This document shows positions 8,077 through 17,644 of a stretch of 32,000 nt of DNA, piece after piece (positions within the stretch are counted from its first letter, which is position 1; each line of letters opens with the position of its first letter). The DNA comes from Mycobacterium tuberculosis H37Rv. Lineage in GTDB: Bacteria > Actinomycetota > Actinomycetes > Mycobacteriales > Mycobacteriaceae. The notes beneath the pieces are model-generated. The model saw only the letters and a list, made by a program, of their open reading frames with translations, was not told the DNA's origin and ran no database searches. The stretch covers positions 930,001 to 962,000 of the forward strand of contig NC_000962.3 in the NCBI RefSeq assembly GCF_000195955.2, written 5' to 3'. Both the position numbers and the translations under genes were made by a program.

Positions 8077-9404
8077 TGACCACAGCGGCGGCCATCGCCC
8101 GCGAGGACCGGTTGCGTTACACCGGTCCGGAGCGCTGCTCGGGGGACGGACAAGTTCGAGCGGCCGGGGATCGCTATTCGACGGTGATCTGGCTGCTGGG
8201 CGGCAACTTGCTGGTGCGCTCGGCCGGATTCGGCTATCCGTTCCTAGCCTACCACGTGGCTGGACGAGGACATGGTGCGGGAGCGGTCGGCGCGGTCGTG
8301 GCGGCCTACGGCCTGGGTTGGGCGGTGGGGCAGCTGCTGTGTGGGTGGTTGGTGGACCGTGTCGGGGCGCGGGTGACGCTGGTATCCACCATGCTGGTGG
8401 CCGCCGCCGTGCTGGTGCTGATGGCCGGGCTACACACCGTGCCGGGATTGCTGGTTGGGGCCATGATCGCCGGCCTGGTTTGCGATGCCCCGCGTCCGGT
8501 GTTGGGTGCGGTGATCGCGGAGTTGGTTGCCGACCCACAGCGGCGGGCACAACTCGACGGCTGGCGATACGGTTGGGTGCTCAATATCGGTGCTGCGATC
8601 ACCGGCGGGGTCGGCGGTGTGGTCGCGGGCTGGTTGGACACCCCGGTGTTGTACTGGATCAATGGCATCGGGTGTGCGATCTTCGCGGGGTTGGCAGGCC
8701 GCTGTATACCTGCCGATGTGTGCCGTAGGACCGAGTCCGGCCTTCGAGCTTGCACCGCCATGTCGAAAGTTGGCTATCGGCAGGCACTCTCGGACAAGCG
8801 CCTGGTCCTGTTGGCCGTCTCGGGTCTGGCAACGCTCACGACGCTGATGGGTTTCTTCGCGGCGGTACCGATGCTGATGAGCGCGAGTGGACTGGGTGTC
8901 GGGGCGTACGGCTGGGTGCAGTTGATCAACGCCCTAGCGGTTGTCGCGGTGACCCCGCTGTTGACGCCGTGGCTGAGCAAGCAGCTCGCACTTGGTCCAC
9001 GGCCAGACATTCTGGCCGGCGCGGGAGTGTGGGTGACTCTTTGTATGGCGGCTGCCGGGCTCGCCCGCACCACGGTCGGTTTCAGTGTGGCCGCGGCTGC
9101 CTGCTCGCCGGGCGAGATTGCCTGGTTCGTGGTTGCCGCCGGCATCGTGCACCGGATCGCCCCTCCCGCGCACGGTGGGCGCTACCACGGGATCTGGTCG
9201 ATGGCCGTCGCGGCGTCGTCGGTGGCCGCGCCTATCCTGGCTGCTTTCAACCTGGCTAATGGTGGGCGCCTAGTGCTGGCGGCCACCACGGTGACGGTTG
9301 GTTTCTTCGGGGCCGCTTTGTGCTTGCCGCTGGCTCGTGTTCTGGCAGCTGCCAGTTGCGGTCCGTTGAGCAGCAAGGAGCCGTCGCGTGACTCGTACCA
9401 GTGA
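8076..9404 (+). CDS. Major facilitator superfamily transporter
   Basis: 442-aa ORF with about 12 hydrophobic segments and MFS-type loop motif GWLVDRVGARVTL. TTG at 8112, preceded by GAGGA, is an alternative start. Confidence 0.85.
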   Translation: MTTAAAIAREDRLRYTGPERCSGDGQVRAAGDRYSTVIWLLGGNLLVRSAGFGYPFLAYHVAGRGHGAGAVGAVVAAYGLGWAVGQLLCGWLVDRVGARVTLVSTMLVAAAVLVLMAGLHTVPGLLVGAMIAGLVCDAPRPVLGAVIAELVADPQRRAQLDGWRYGWVLNIGAAITGGVGGVVAGWLDTPVLYWINGIGCAIFAGLAGRCIPADVCRRTESGLRACTAMSKVGYRQALSDKRLVLLAVSGLATLTTLMGFFAAVPMLMSASGLGVGAYGWVQLINALAVVAVTPLLTPWLSKQLALGPRPDILAGAGVWVTLCMAAAGLARTTVGFSVAAAACSPGEIAWFVVAAGIVHRIAPPAHGGRYHGIWSMAVAASSVAAPILAAFNLANGGRLVLAATTVTVGFFGAALCLPLARVLAAASCGPLSSKEPSRDSYQ

Positions 9405-10392
9405 AGGGTTGGCTGCGTTCGTGGTCGATCAGCTGGAGGAGCTGTATCGCCGGATGTGGGTGTTGCGACTGCTCGATATGGCGTTGGAGCAGTTGCGCAT
9501 CGAAGGCCTGATCAACGGGCCGCTGCAGGGTGGCTTCGGCCAGGAAGCAGTAAGTGTCGGTGCCGCGGCGGCGCTGGGCGAAGGCGATGTCATCATCACC
9601 ACCCATCGTCCGCATGCCCAACACGTTGGTACTGACGCTCCGCTGGGCCCGGTGATCGCCGACATGCTGGGTGCGACCGCAGGCGATCTAGAAGGCGCTG
9701 ACGAGGATGCGCACATTGCCGATCCTCGGGCCGGGCTACCGGCTGCAATACGCGTGGTCAAGCAATCGCCGCTGTTGGCTATCGGACACGCCTACGCCCT
9801 GTGGCTGCGCGACACCGGACGGGTCACACTCTGCGTGACCCAAGACTGTGATGTTGATGCCGATGCCTTCAACGAGGCCGCGGACCTAGCGGCCGTGTGG
9901 CAACTTCCGGTGGTGATTCTCGTCGAAAACATTCGTGGTGCCCTAAGTGTGCACCTGGACAGGTACACGCACGAGCCTCGGGTTTATCGCCGGGCTGTGG
10001 CCTACGGAATGCCGGGGGTATCGGTGGACGGCAACGACGTCGAAGCGGTCCGTGACTGTGTGGCCAACGCGGTGGTTCGGGCTCGCGCTGGTGGCGGCCC
10101 CACGCTGGTCCAAGCCATCACCTACCGCACCACCGATTTCTCTGGATCTGACCGCGGCGGCTATCGCGACCTGGCCGGATCCGAGCAGTTTCTGGATCCG
10201 CTGATCTTCGCGAGAAGGCGGCTGATTGCTGCTGGCACGACCCGCGGTCGGCTCGACGAGCAGGAGCGGGCGGCATGCCAACAGGTGGCCGATGCCGTGG
10301 CGTTCGCCAAGGCCAGGGCGCGGCCCAACGGCGGTGGGCCAATCAGCCGACCAACATCCGGCTGGCACCAACAACCAAAGACCCGGTTCTGA
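9388..10392 (+). CDS. 2-oxoacid dehydrogenase/acetoin dehydrogenase E1-alpha-like protein with altered ThDP motifs
   Basis: Family resemblance in QGGFGQEAVSVGAAAAL, NEAADLAAVWQLPVVILVENI. The canonical GDGA position reads QDCD and the NN position reads NI. Confidence 0.75.
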   Translation: MTRTSEGLAAFVVDQLEELYRRMWVLRLLDMALEQLRIEGLINGPLQGGFGQEAVSVGAAAALGEGDVIITTHRPHAQHVGTDAPLGPVIADMLGATAGDLEGADEDAHIADPRAGLPAAIRVVKQSPLLAIGHAYALWLRDTGRVTLCVTQDCDVDADAFNEAADLAAVWQLPVVILVENIRGALSVHLDRYTHEPRVYRRAVAYGMPGVSVDGNDVEAVRDCVANAVVRARAGGGPTLVQAITYRTTDFSGSDRGGYRDLAGSEQFLDPLIFARRRLIAAGTTRGRLDEQERAACQQVADAVAFAKARARPNGGGPISRPTSGWHQQPKTRF

Positions 10393-10399
10393 GGCCTAG

Positions 10400-10434
10400 A
10401 TGTACGTTGGCCGCGGACAACGCGGTCGGTACAT
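10400..10434. terminator. Possible convergent-gene terminator hairpin
   Basis: ATGTAC...CCGCG-gacaa-CGCGG...GTACAT imperfect inverted repeat between converging CDSs at 10392 and 10456. Confidence 0.35.
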
Positions 10435-10455
10435 GCCGTCGCGCCGCGGCCCCAG

Positions 10456-11106
10456 CTAGTCGAGCAGCCTCTGCCGCATCGCCTCGGCGACCGCGGCAGC
10501 TCGGTCGCTGACGCCGAGCTTCTCGTACAACCGTTGCACGTGGGTCTTTACCGTCGACGGCGCCACATATAGCTCGGCTGCGATCGCGGGGATGCTTTGA
10601 CCGCACGCAATGCGATTGAGCACCTCGCGCTCGCGCGCGCTGAGCACCGGGGCCACGGGTGCCGCGCGCTGGCGAATCTCCCCGGCGAGGCCCCCGACCA
10701 GCGAGGGCGCCACCACGTCGCGGCCCTTCGCGCAATCGAGCACCGCCTTGACGATCTCGGTGCGAGTCGAATCCTTGAGCAGGAATCCGGCGGCGCCCTG
10801 TTGGAGTGCCTGGTAGACGATCGCCGGCTCGTCGTGCGCGGAAATAAGCAGCACCCGGGTTGGCAACTCGTAGCTGCGCACCGCCGCCGCAACCTGCGCG
10901 CCGTCCATGCCGGGCATGCGGTAGTCCAGCAATGCGACGTCGGGCAAATGGGCCTTGATCAACTCCAGGGCCGCGGCGCCGTCGTCGGCCTCGCCGACCA
11001 CGTTCACCGAGCCACTCAACGAAAGCGCTCGCACAACGCCCTCGCGAAATAACGGGTGGTCGTCGCCGACCACCACGCGCACTTTCTCCGGCTGCGGATT
11101 GCTCAT
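10456..11106 (-). CDS. narL: NarL/FixJ-family response regulator
   Basis: 216 aa. Receiver domain DDHPLFREGV...DVALLDYRMPGMDG...LKD, and LuxR-type HTH LSAREREVLNRIACGQSIPAIAAELYVAPSTVKTHVQRLYEKL. Confidence 0.92.
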   Translation of the reverse strand: MSNPQPEKVRVVVGDDHPLFREGVVRALSLSGSVNVVGEADDGAAALELIKAHLPDVALLDYRMPGMDGAQVAAAVRSYELPTRVLLISAHDEPAIVYQALQQGAAGFLLKDSTRTEIVKAVLDCAKGRDVVAPSLVGGLAGEIRQRAAPVAPVLSAREREVLNRIACGQSIPAIAAELYVAPSTVKTHVQRLYEKLGVSDRAAAVAEAMRQRLLD

Positions 11107-11177
11107 GGCGCGCCGACCATGGCGATGAGTTTAGCTGCTCGTCGGCAACCAGCCGCTGGCAGTCGCTGGACATTGAT

Positions 11178-12467
11178 TTGCACTCCGACGTGCCCAGCTA
11201 CGGCAACCTCGGACGTTTGGGCGGTCGCCATGAGTACGGTGTCCTAGTGGCAATGACCAGCTCGGCGGAACTGGACCGGGTTCGTTGGGCGCACCAGTTG
11301 CGCTCCTACCGAATTGCTTCGGTATTGCGGATCGGTGTCGTGGGGCTCATGGTCGCCGCGATGGTCGTTGGAACCAGCCGGTCCGAATGGCCACAGCAAA
11401 TCGTGTTGATCGGCGTCTACGCGGTCGCTGCATTGTGGGCTCTGCTGTTAGCGTATTCGGCGTCCCGGCGATTCTTCGCTTTGCGACGCTTTCGCAGTAT
11501 GGGCCGGTTGGAGCCATTTGCTTTCACCGCCGTCGACGTTTTGATATTGACGGGCTTTCAGCTGCTGTCCACCGACGGGATCTATCCGCTGCTGATCATG
11601 ATCCTGCTGCCGGTCCTGGTGGGCCTTGACGTGTCGACGCGACGGGCGGCGGTGGTGCTGGCCTGTACGCTAGTCGGATTCGCAGTCGCGGTGCTGGGAG
11701 ACCCCGTGATGCTGCGCGCGATTGGATGGCCCGAGACAATATTTCGGTTCGCGCTCTATGCGTTCCTGTGCGCCACGGCCTTGATGGTGGTTCGCATCGA
11801 GGAGCGGCATACCCGTTCGGTTGCCGGCCTGAGTGCGTTGCGGGCGGAACTGCTTGCCCAGACGATGACGGCCTCGGAGGTGCTGCAGCGGCGGATTGCG
11901 GAAGCCATTCACGATGGACCGCTGCAAGACGTGCTGGCCGCGCGTCAGGAGCTCATCGAGTTGGATGCCGTAACCCCCGGCGACGAGCGCGTCGGACGCG
12001 CGTTGGCCGGACTGCAGAGCGCGTCGGAGCGGCTGCGGCAGGCCACCTTCGAGCTGCATCCGGCAGTGCTTGAGCAAGTTGGGTTGGGGCCGGCGGTAAA
12101 ACAGTTGGCGGCCTCTACCGCTCAGCGTTCGGGTATCAAGATCTCCACCGATATTGATTACCCAATACGTAGTGGGATCGACCCCATCGTTTTCGGTGTG
12201 GTTCGCGAACTGCTGTCCAACGTCGTGCGGCATTCCGGAGCTACCACCGCCTCGGTCAGGCTCGGAATCACCGACGAAAAATGCGTTTTGGATGTGGCCG
12301 ACGATGGCGTGGGGGTCACCGGTGACACTATGGCGCGCCGCCTGGGTGAGGGACACATCGGTCTGGCTTCGCATCGGGCTCGGGTGGATGCCGCCGGCGG
12401 AGTTTTGGTTTTCCTGGCCACCCCCAGGGGGACCCATGTCTGCGTGGAACTACCACTGAAACGGTGA
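11178..12467 (+). CDS. Sensor histidine kinase (HisKA_3/NarX-like), membrane-anchored
   Basis: N-terminal hydrophobic segments, LQRRIAEAIHDGPLQDVLAARQEL H-box, ELLSNVVRHSGA N-box, DVADDGVGVTGD. GTG at 11190 is an alternative start. Confidence 0.88.
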   Translation: MHSDVPSYGNLGRLGGRHEYGVLVAMTSSAELDRVRWAHQLRSYRIASVLRIGVVGLMVAAMVVGTSRSEWPQQIVLIGVYAVAALWALLLAYSASRRFFALRRFRSMGRLEPFAFTAVDVLILTGFQLLSTDGIYPLLIMILLPVLVGLDVSTRRAAVVLACTLVGFAVAVLGDPVMLRAIGWPETIFRFALYAFLCATALMVVRIEERHTRSVAGLSALRAELLAQTMTASEVLQRRIAEAIHDGPLQDVLAARQELIELDAVTPGDERVGRALAGLQSASERLRQATFELHPAVLEQVGLGPAVKQLAASTAQRSGIKISTDIDYPIRSGIDPIVFGVVRELLSNVVRHSGATTASVRLGITDEKCVLDVADDGVGVTGDTMARRLGEGHIGLASHRARVDAAGGVLVFLATPRGTHVCVELPLKR

Positions 12468-12679
12468 ATGGCCGTTGTTGCCGGTCAACCGATGTGCCGG
12501 TGGCAGCGACGTGACCCCCGCGCAGGTCGAAAGCCTTGCTGGATCGATGGTTCCGCCGGTGCCCGCCATGGGCCCGGCCGGTCACGCCGGCCAGTCCGCA
12601 ACCGGCTGTCCAGGGCCATCTCACGGGCAACGTCCTGGGAGGCGCTGGCAGCGGCCCGGTTCAGCCCACAAGCCGCCTG

Positions 12680-14194
12680 TCACAGAATGTAGTCCAGGCG
12701 GGTCGCCATTCCGGCGACCTGGTGATAGTTGTTGTGGCAGTGCATCACCCACACGCCAGGATTGTCGGCGACCAGGACGGCGCGCATCTTCTGCTTGGGC
12801 AGCACTATCACGGTGTCCTTGCGGGCGCCGGGGCTGCCGTCGGCCTTGATCATCTGAAAGGTATGGCCGTGTAGGTGGATTGGGTGATACATCATGGTGG
12901 TGTTATCGAACATCAGGGTTGGCCGTTGGCCTAGCCGCACGTGCAGTGGATTGGTCGTGCTGTAGGGTTCCCCGTTGATTGTCCAGTCGTACTTGGCCAT
13001 GGTGCCGCCCAAGGTGACCGGGAGGTCGTGGGTGGGTTCGGGCCGGCCCAGGTTGGCAGTCGTTGCGGCGGTGAACATTTCCACGGTACCCACTCGCCAG
13101 TTGAGTTCATCCGGCCGAAACTGCGGGTCGGGTGGGCTGCCGGCGCCGGTAGACAGCAGCGCACGCGCCAGCGCGTTCTTGCCTTCCGCGAGTGCGACCA
13201 GGGGAAAGACGCCGCCAGCGGCGGTCACCATGACGTCGTAGCGTTCGGCCATGCCGATCAGCAGAGCGTCGACTTCGGTGGGAATCACTGGGTAACCGTC
13301 GGTGTGGGTGACCGTCATCGAATGCCCGGCCAGCGCGATGCGGAACGCGGTGTCGGCGGCGCTGTTGATGATGCGGATCCGGATTCGCTGGCCAGGCTTG
13401 GCCTTAAAAGACGTGGCCGCCACGGGGATTCGCCCGTTGATCAGATAGTACGGGTAGGCGATGTCCCCTCCGTCGCCGCCGAGCAGGTTGCTGTCAACGC
13501 CTTCGCCTTCGGGCATACCTGTTGTGTTTTGCATGGTGGGTTTGTTCGGGTCGGTCAGCTCGCCGTAGAGCTGTTGCGGGGACTTCCCGATGCCGTCCGT
13601 CCAATCGTCGAGGATGATGATCCATTCGGCGTCGTAGTGGCCTGGCTCAGTCGGATCGTCGACGACGACAGGCAGATATAGGCCGTGGTCGCCTTGAAGA
13701 CCGACGTGCGGATGGGCCCAGTAGGTGCCCGGATCCGGCACGGAGAACCGGTACGTAAAGTCACCGCCGGGGCCGATGTTCGCAGTCGCGGGCTCGGTGC
13801 CATCCATATCGTTGCGCAGCGCGATGCCGTGCCAATGCACCGACGTCGGATCACCCAGACGGTTGGTCACCGAGACGACAATCTCATCCCCGACGGTGGC
13901 CCGGATCAGTGGTCCGGGGATGGTGTTGCCGTAGGTCAGCGTGCTGACGATCGGCCCACCCAGGTCGATCCTCGCCGGCTGGGGGGTCAGCGTGGCGGTA
14001 ACCGTTCGCCCACTGTGCGGCCGGGCCGCCTCGGCCGCGTCGATTGCAGCGGTCATCCCGGCGGCGCCGGATGCCGTGGGCTTCGAGGCGCAAGCGGCTA
14101 GCGCAAAGCCGCTGGCGATGCCGGCGCCGAGGAAGCCGCGCCGGCTGAACCGCCTCTTGTCGAAGGCGTTACCGCTCGTGGCCAGCTCGGGCAT
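12680..14194 (-). CDS. mmcO: Multicopper oxidase with Tat/lipoprotein-type signal
   Basis: 504 aa from ATG 14194. RRGFLGAGIASGFALAACASK (twin-Arg plus lipobox), HWHGIALRNDMDG, YWAHPHVG, HPIHLHGHTFQ, HCHNNYHQVAGM copper ligand motifs. Confidence 0.94.
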   Translation of the reverse strand: MPELATSGNAFDKRRFSRRGFLGAGIASGFALAACASKPTASGAAGMTAAIDAAEAARPHSGRTVTATLTPQPARIDLGGPIVSTLTYGNTIPGPLIRATVGDEIVVSVTNRLGDPTSVHWHGIALRNDMDGTEPATANIGPGGDFTYRFSVPDPGTYWAHPHVGLQGDHGLYLPVVVDDPTEPGHYDAEWIIILDDWTDGIGKSPQQLYGELTDPNKPTMQNTTGMPEGEGVDSNLLGGDGGDIAYPYYLINGRIPVAATSFKAKPGQRIRIRIINSAADTAFRIALAGHSMTVTHTDGYPVIPTEVDALLIGMAERYDVMVTAAGGVFPLVALAEGKNALARALLSTGAGSPPDPQFRPDELNWRVGTVEMFTAATTANLGRPEPTHDLPVTLGGTMAKYDWTINGEPYSTTNPLHVRLGQRPTLMFDNTTMMYHPIHLHGHTFQMIKADGSPGARKDTVIVLPKQKMRAVLVADNPGVWVMHCHNNYHQVAGMATRLDYIL

Positions 14195-14299
14195 CGATCG
14201 CTCCTCGTCTGGATTTGGTCTCGCTCTTCGTACCCTGCCCAGACATCGGGCAGTACGCAACGGTTGATGATCACCACGCCATCATCCGCCCTTACACCC

Positions 14300-14314
14300 T
14301 ACCCCTATAGGGTA
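14300..14314. promoter_or_regulatory. RicR-type copper-responsive operator TACCC-N5-GGGTA shared by divergent mmcO and lpqS
   Basis: Sequence TACCCCTATAGGGTA directly visible between two copper-associated divergent genes; matches the published RicR box pattern as remembered. Confidence 0.85.
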
Positions 14315-14342
14315 TATAGTGGGCCACGTGGAAAGCGGGCAC

Positions 14343-14735
14343 GTGGTGTGGATGCGATCGGCGATTGTCGCGGTCGCGCTGGGGGTGACGGTAGCCGCCG
14401 TCGCCGCTGCATGCTGGCTCCCCCAGCTCCACCGTCATGTGGCTCACCCAAACCACCCGTTGACGACGTCCGTAGGTAGCGAATTCGTCATCAACACCGA
14501 CCACGGGCACCTGGTGGACAACTCGATGCCACCGTGCCCGGAACGGCTCGCGACGGCGGTGCTGCCGCGCTCCGCCACTCCGGTGTTACTACCAGACGTC
14601 GTGGCGGCTGCGCCCGGCATGACAGCCGCGCTTACCGACCCCGTCGCGCCGGCCGCGCGCGGTCCGCCGGCGGCGCAGGGATCCGTTCGCACCGGTCAAG
14701 ACCTGTTGACCCGGTTCTGCCTGGCTCGTCGCTGA
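14343..14735 (+). CDS. lpqS: Probable copper-associated lipoprotein LpqS
   Basis: [24 protein letters not shown] leader/lipobox, His-rich segment [10 protein letters not shown]. Alternative start at 14319. Confidence 0.82.
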   Translation: MVWMRSAIVAVALGVTVAAVAAACWLPQLHRHVAHPNHPLTTSVGSEFVINTDHGHLVDNSMPPCPERLATAVLPRSATPVLLPDVVAAAPGMTAALTDPVAPAARGPPAAQGSVRTGQDLLTRFCLARR

Positions 14736-14841
14736 GGGGTCAGCGCCAGGCGGTGGTGGCCATTCGCCATCGCCGGTGACCGCTGACCCCCATCCAGTGC
14801 CGCGTGTGACTTCCGGCCCCGATGCAGAAGCGACGATCACT

Positions 14842-16056
14842 ATGAACAACAACCTGCCGCTGGCAAATCCGGTAAACCCAACAAGCATCACCTCCAACCC
14901 GCAGATACTCCTGGCCAACCGGGCGCACCGCACCTTGGTGAGGTCGCGGCAGACCCGCGACCGGTACCGCCTCCTCCCGGAGGGATATCAAGTCACTCCT
15001 GGCCGGAATCGCCACCCGGGCACCATGGTTGGCAATACCCCGGTGCTTTGGATACCTGAGCTGTCGGGGACCTCAGACCCTGACCGTGGATTTTGGGCCA
15101 AGCTAGAAGGATTCAATCCCGGGGGTATGAAAGACCGCCCCGCGCTGTACATGGTCGAATGCGCGCGCGCCCGGGGCGATATCGCGCCCGGTGCCGCGAT
15201 AGTCGAATCAACCGGTGGCACTCTGGGATTGGGCCTAGCCCTCGCTGGTAAGGTGTACCGGCACCCGGTCACCCTGGTCACCGACCCGGGGCTGGAACCC
15301 ATCATCGCGCGCATGCTGACCGCCTACGGCGCCGGCGTCGATATGGTGACGCAGCCGCACCCGGTCGGCGGATGGCAACAGGCGCGCAAGGACCGGGTTG
15401 CGCAGCTGATGGCCGAATACCCCGGCGCGTGGAATCCGAACCAGTACGGCAACCCCGACAACGTCGGCGCCTACCGGTCGTTGGCGCTGGAGCTGGTCGC
15501 TCAGCTTGGCCGGATCGATGTCCTGGTGTGCTCGGTGGGGACGGGTGGACATTCAGCAGGTGTCGCCCGAGTGCTACGGGAGTTCAACCCGGACATGCGG
15601 TTGATCGGCGTGGACACCATCGGGTCCACGATCTTTGGGCAGCCCGCGTCGAACAGGCTGATGCGCGGGCTGGGCTCGAGTATTTATCCGCGCAATGTCG
15701 ATTACCGTGCATTCGACGAAGTGCACTGGGTTGCTCCCCCCGAAGCCGTCTGGGCGTGCCGCTCCCTGGCCGCAACCCACTACGCCAGCGGCGGCTGGAG
15801 CGTCGGGGCGGTCGCCCTGGTAGCCGGCTGGGCAGCACGCAACTTGCCGGCGGACACCACGATTGCCGCGGTCTTTCCCGACGGCCCACAACGCTACTTC
15901 GACACCATCTACAACGACGCGTACTGCAACGAACACGAACTGCTAGGCGGACAACCTCCCACCGAGCCCGACGAGATTGCCTCGCCGCTAGACGCCGTCG
16001 TCACCCGATGGACACGCAGCACCACGGTGATCGATCCAACCCAGGTGGTGTCGTAA
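14842..16056 (+). CDS. cysK2: Cysteine synthase-like PLP enzyme (S-sulfocysteine synthase CysK2)
   Basis: [15 protein letters not shown] (PLP Lys context), [27 protein letters not shown]. Start uncertain: ATG 14842 ([10 protein letters not shown]) or GTG 14938 (372 aa). Confidence 0.9.
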
Positions 16057-17315
16057 TGGGAGCGCGCGCTATATTCCGCGGGTTCAACCGCCCGAGCCGG
16101 GTGTTGATGATCAACCAGTTCGGCATCAACATCGGCTTCTACATGCTGATGCCGTACCTGGCCGACTACCTAGCCGGGCCACTGGGGCTAGCCGCGTGGG
16201 CGGTGGGTCTGGTGATGGGCGTGCGCAATTTCTCCCAGCAGGGCATGTTCTTCGTGGGTGGCACGCTGGCCGATCGGTTCGGCTACAAGCCACTGATCAT
16301 CGCCGGATGTCTGATCCGCACCGGCGGGTTTGCCTTGCTGGTGGTCGCCCAGTCGCTGCCCAGTGTGCTGATCGCCGCGGCTGCCACGGGCTTTGCCGGC
16401 GCGCTGTTCAATCCCGCGGTGCGCGGCTATCTCGCGGCCGAAGCCGGGGAACGCAAGATCGAAGCGTTCGCGATGTTCAACGTCTTCTACCAGTCGGGGA
16501 TCCTGCTCGGCCCGCTGGTTGGATTAGTATTGCTGGCGCTGGATTTCCGGATCACGGTGCTGGCCGCCGCCGGTGTGTTCGGCCTACTCACCGTCGCGCA
16601 GCTGGTCGCACTGCCCCAACACCGGGCCGACTCGGAGCGCGAAAAAACATCGATCCTGCAGGACTGGCGGGTCGTCGTTCGCAACCGTCCGTTTCTGACG
16701 TTAGCCGCCGCCATGACCGGATGCTATGCGCTGTCGTTCCAGATCTATCTGGCTCTGCCCATGCAGGCGTCGATCCTCATGCCACGCAACCAATATCTCT
16801 TGATTGCGGCGATGTTCGCGGTATCGGGTCTGGTCGCCGTCGGCGGGCAGCTGCGCATCACCCGCTGGTTCGCCGTCAGATGGGGGGCCGAGCGCAGCCT
16901 GGTAGTCGGCGCGACGATTTTGGCGGCCTCGTTCATCCCGGTTGCAGTCATCCCAAACGGCCAGCGGTTCGGCGTCGCCGTTGCGGTCATGGCATTGGTG
17001 CTGTCGGCGAGTCTGCTGGCGGTTGCCTCGGCAGCGTTGTTTCCTTTCGAAATGCGTGCCGTGGTCGCACTGTCGGGCGACCGGCTGGTGGCGACCCACT
17101 ACGGGTTCTACAGCACCATCGTGGGCGTCGGAGTCCTCGTCGGAAATCTGGCGATCGGATCGCTCATGAGCGCCGCGCGCCGCTTAAATACCGATGAAAT
17201 TGTTTGGGGCGGATTGATTCTGGTGGGCATCGTTGCGGTGGCCGGGCTCCGTCGGTTGGACACATTCACCTCGGGTTCCCAGAACATGACCGGTCGGTGG
17301 GCTGCACCCCGGTGA
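16056..17315 (+). CDS. MFS transporter, translationally coupled to cysK2
   Basis: TAATG overlap at 16054-16058. 419 aa with GGTLADRFGYKPLIIAG MFS loop motif and about 12 hydrophobic segments. Confidence 0.88.
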   Translation: MGARAIFRGFNRPSRVLMINQFGINIGFYMLMPYLADYLAGPLGLAAWAVGLVMGVRNFSQQGMFFVGGTLADRFGYKPLIIAGCLIRTGGFALLVVAQSLPSVLIAAAATGFAGALFNPAVRGYLAAEAGERKIEAFAMFNVFYQSGILLGPLVGLVLLALDFRITVLAAAGVFGLLTVAQLVALPQHRADSEREKTSILQDWRVVVRNRPFLTLAAAMTGCYALSFQIYLALPMQASILMPRNQYLLIAAMFAVSGLVAVGGQLRITRWFAVRWGAERSLVVGATILAASFIPVAVIPNGQRFGVAVAVMALVLSASLLAVASAALFPFEMRAVVALSGDRLVATHYGFYSTIVGVGVLVGNLAIGSLMSAARRLNTDEIVWGGLILVGIVAVAGLRRLDTFTSGSQNMTGRWAAPR

Positions 17316-17644
17316 CCCGCGATCCACACAGCCCGGACTGCGGGCGCGAGGGCAGCTACCGCGACACCATCACCCGCCCGTTGACCGACCTACCGGTGGC
17401 CGGCTATCCGTTGGTGCCGCGGGTCGCGTCGCCCCGCTACCGGTGCACAACGCCGCAGTGCGGGCGTGCGGTATTCAATCAGGATCTCGCTAACGTCGAC
17501 CAGTACCTCGTTGTCAATCAACTGGCGCACCAACTCATCGACGGTTCTTCCCTCATACCCGATGCTGACAAGAGATGGGATGCGCGACGACATGCCGACA
17601 TGACGCACCATCTGACATCGAGCCTTAAGGAAAATCAAAGCTAA
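17312..17644 (+). pseudogene. ISL3-like transposase N-terminal fragment (zinc-ribbon region)
   Basis: CxxC-type PDCGREGSYRDTITRPLTDLPVAGYPLVPRVASPRYRCTTPQCGRAVF matches the ISL3 transposase N-terminal layout; no DDE domain follows. Confidence 0.75.

Noticed and set aside
15372-16055. Long N-terminal extension of the 647-aa MFS ORF
   Set aside because: Overlaps the well-supported cysK2 gene in another frame and has no recognisable domain. The ATG at 16056 fits TAATG coupling.
16196-17197. 333-aa plus-strand ORF inside the MFS gene
   Set aside because: Out-of-frame shadow with low-complexity Gly/Arg/Cys composition; the MFS frame is clearly coding.
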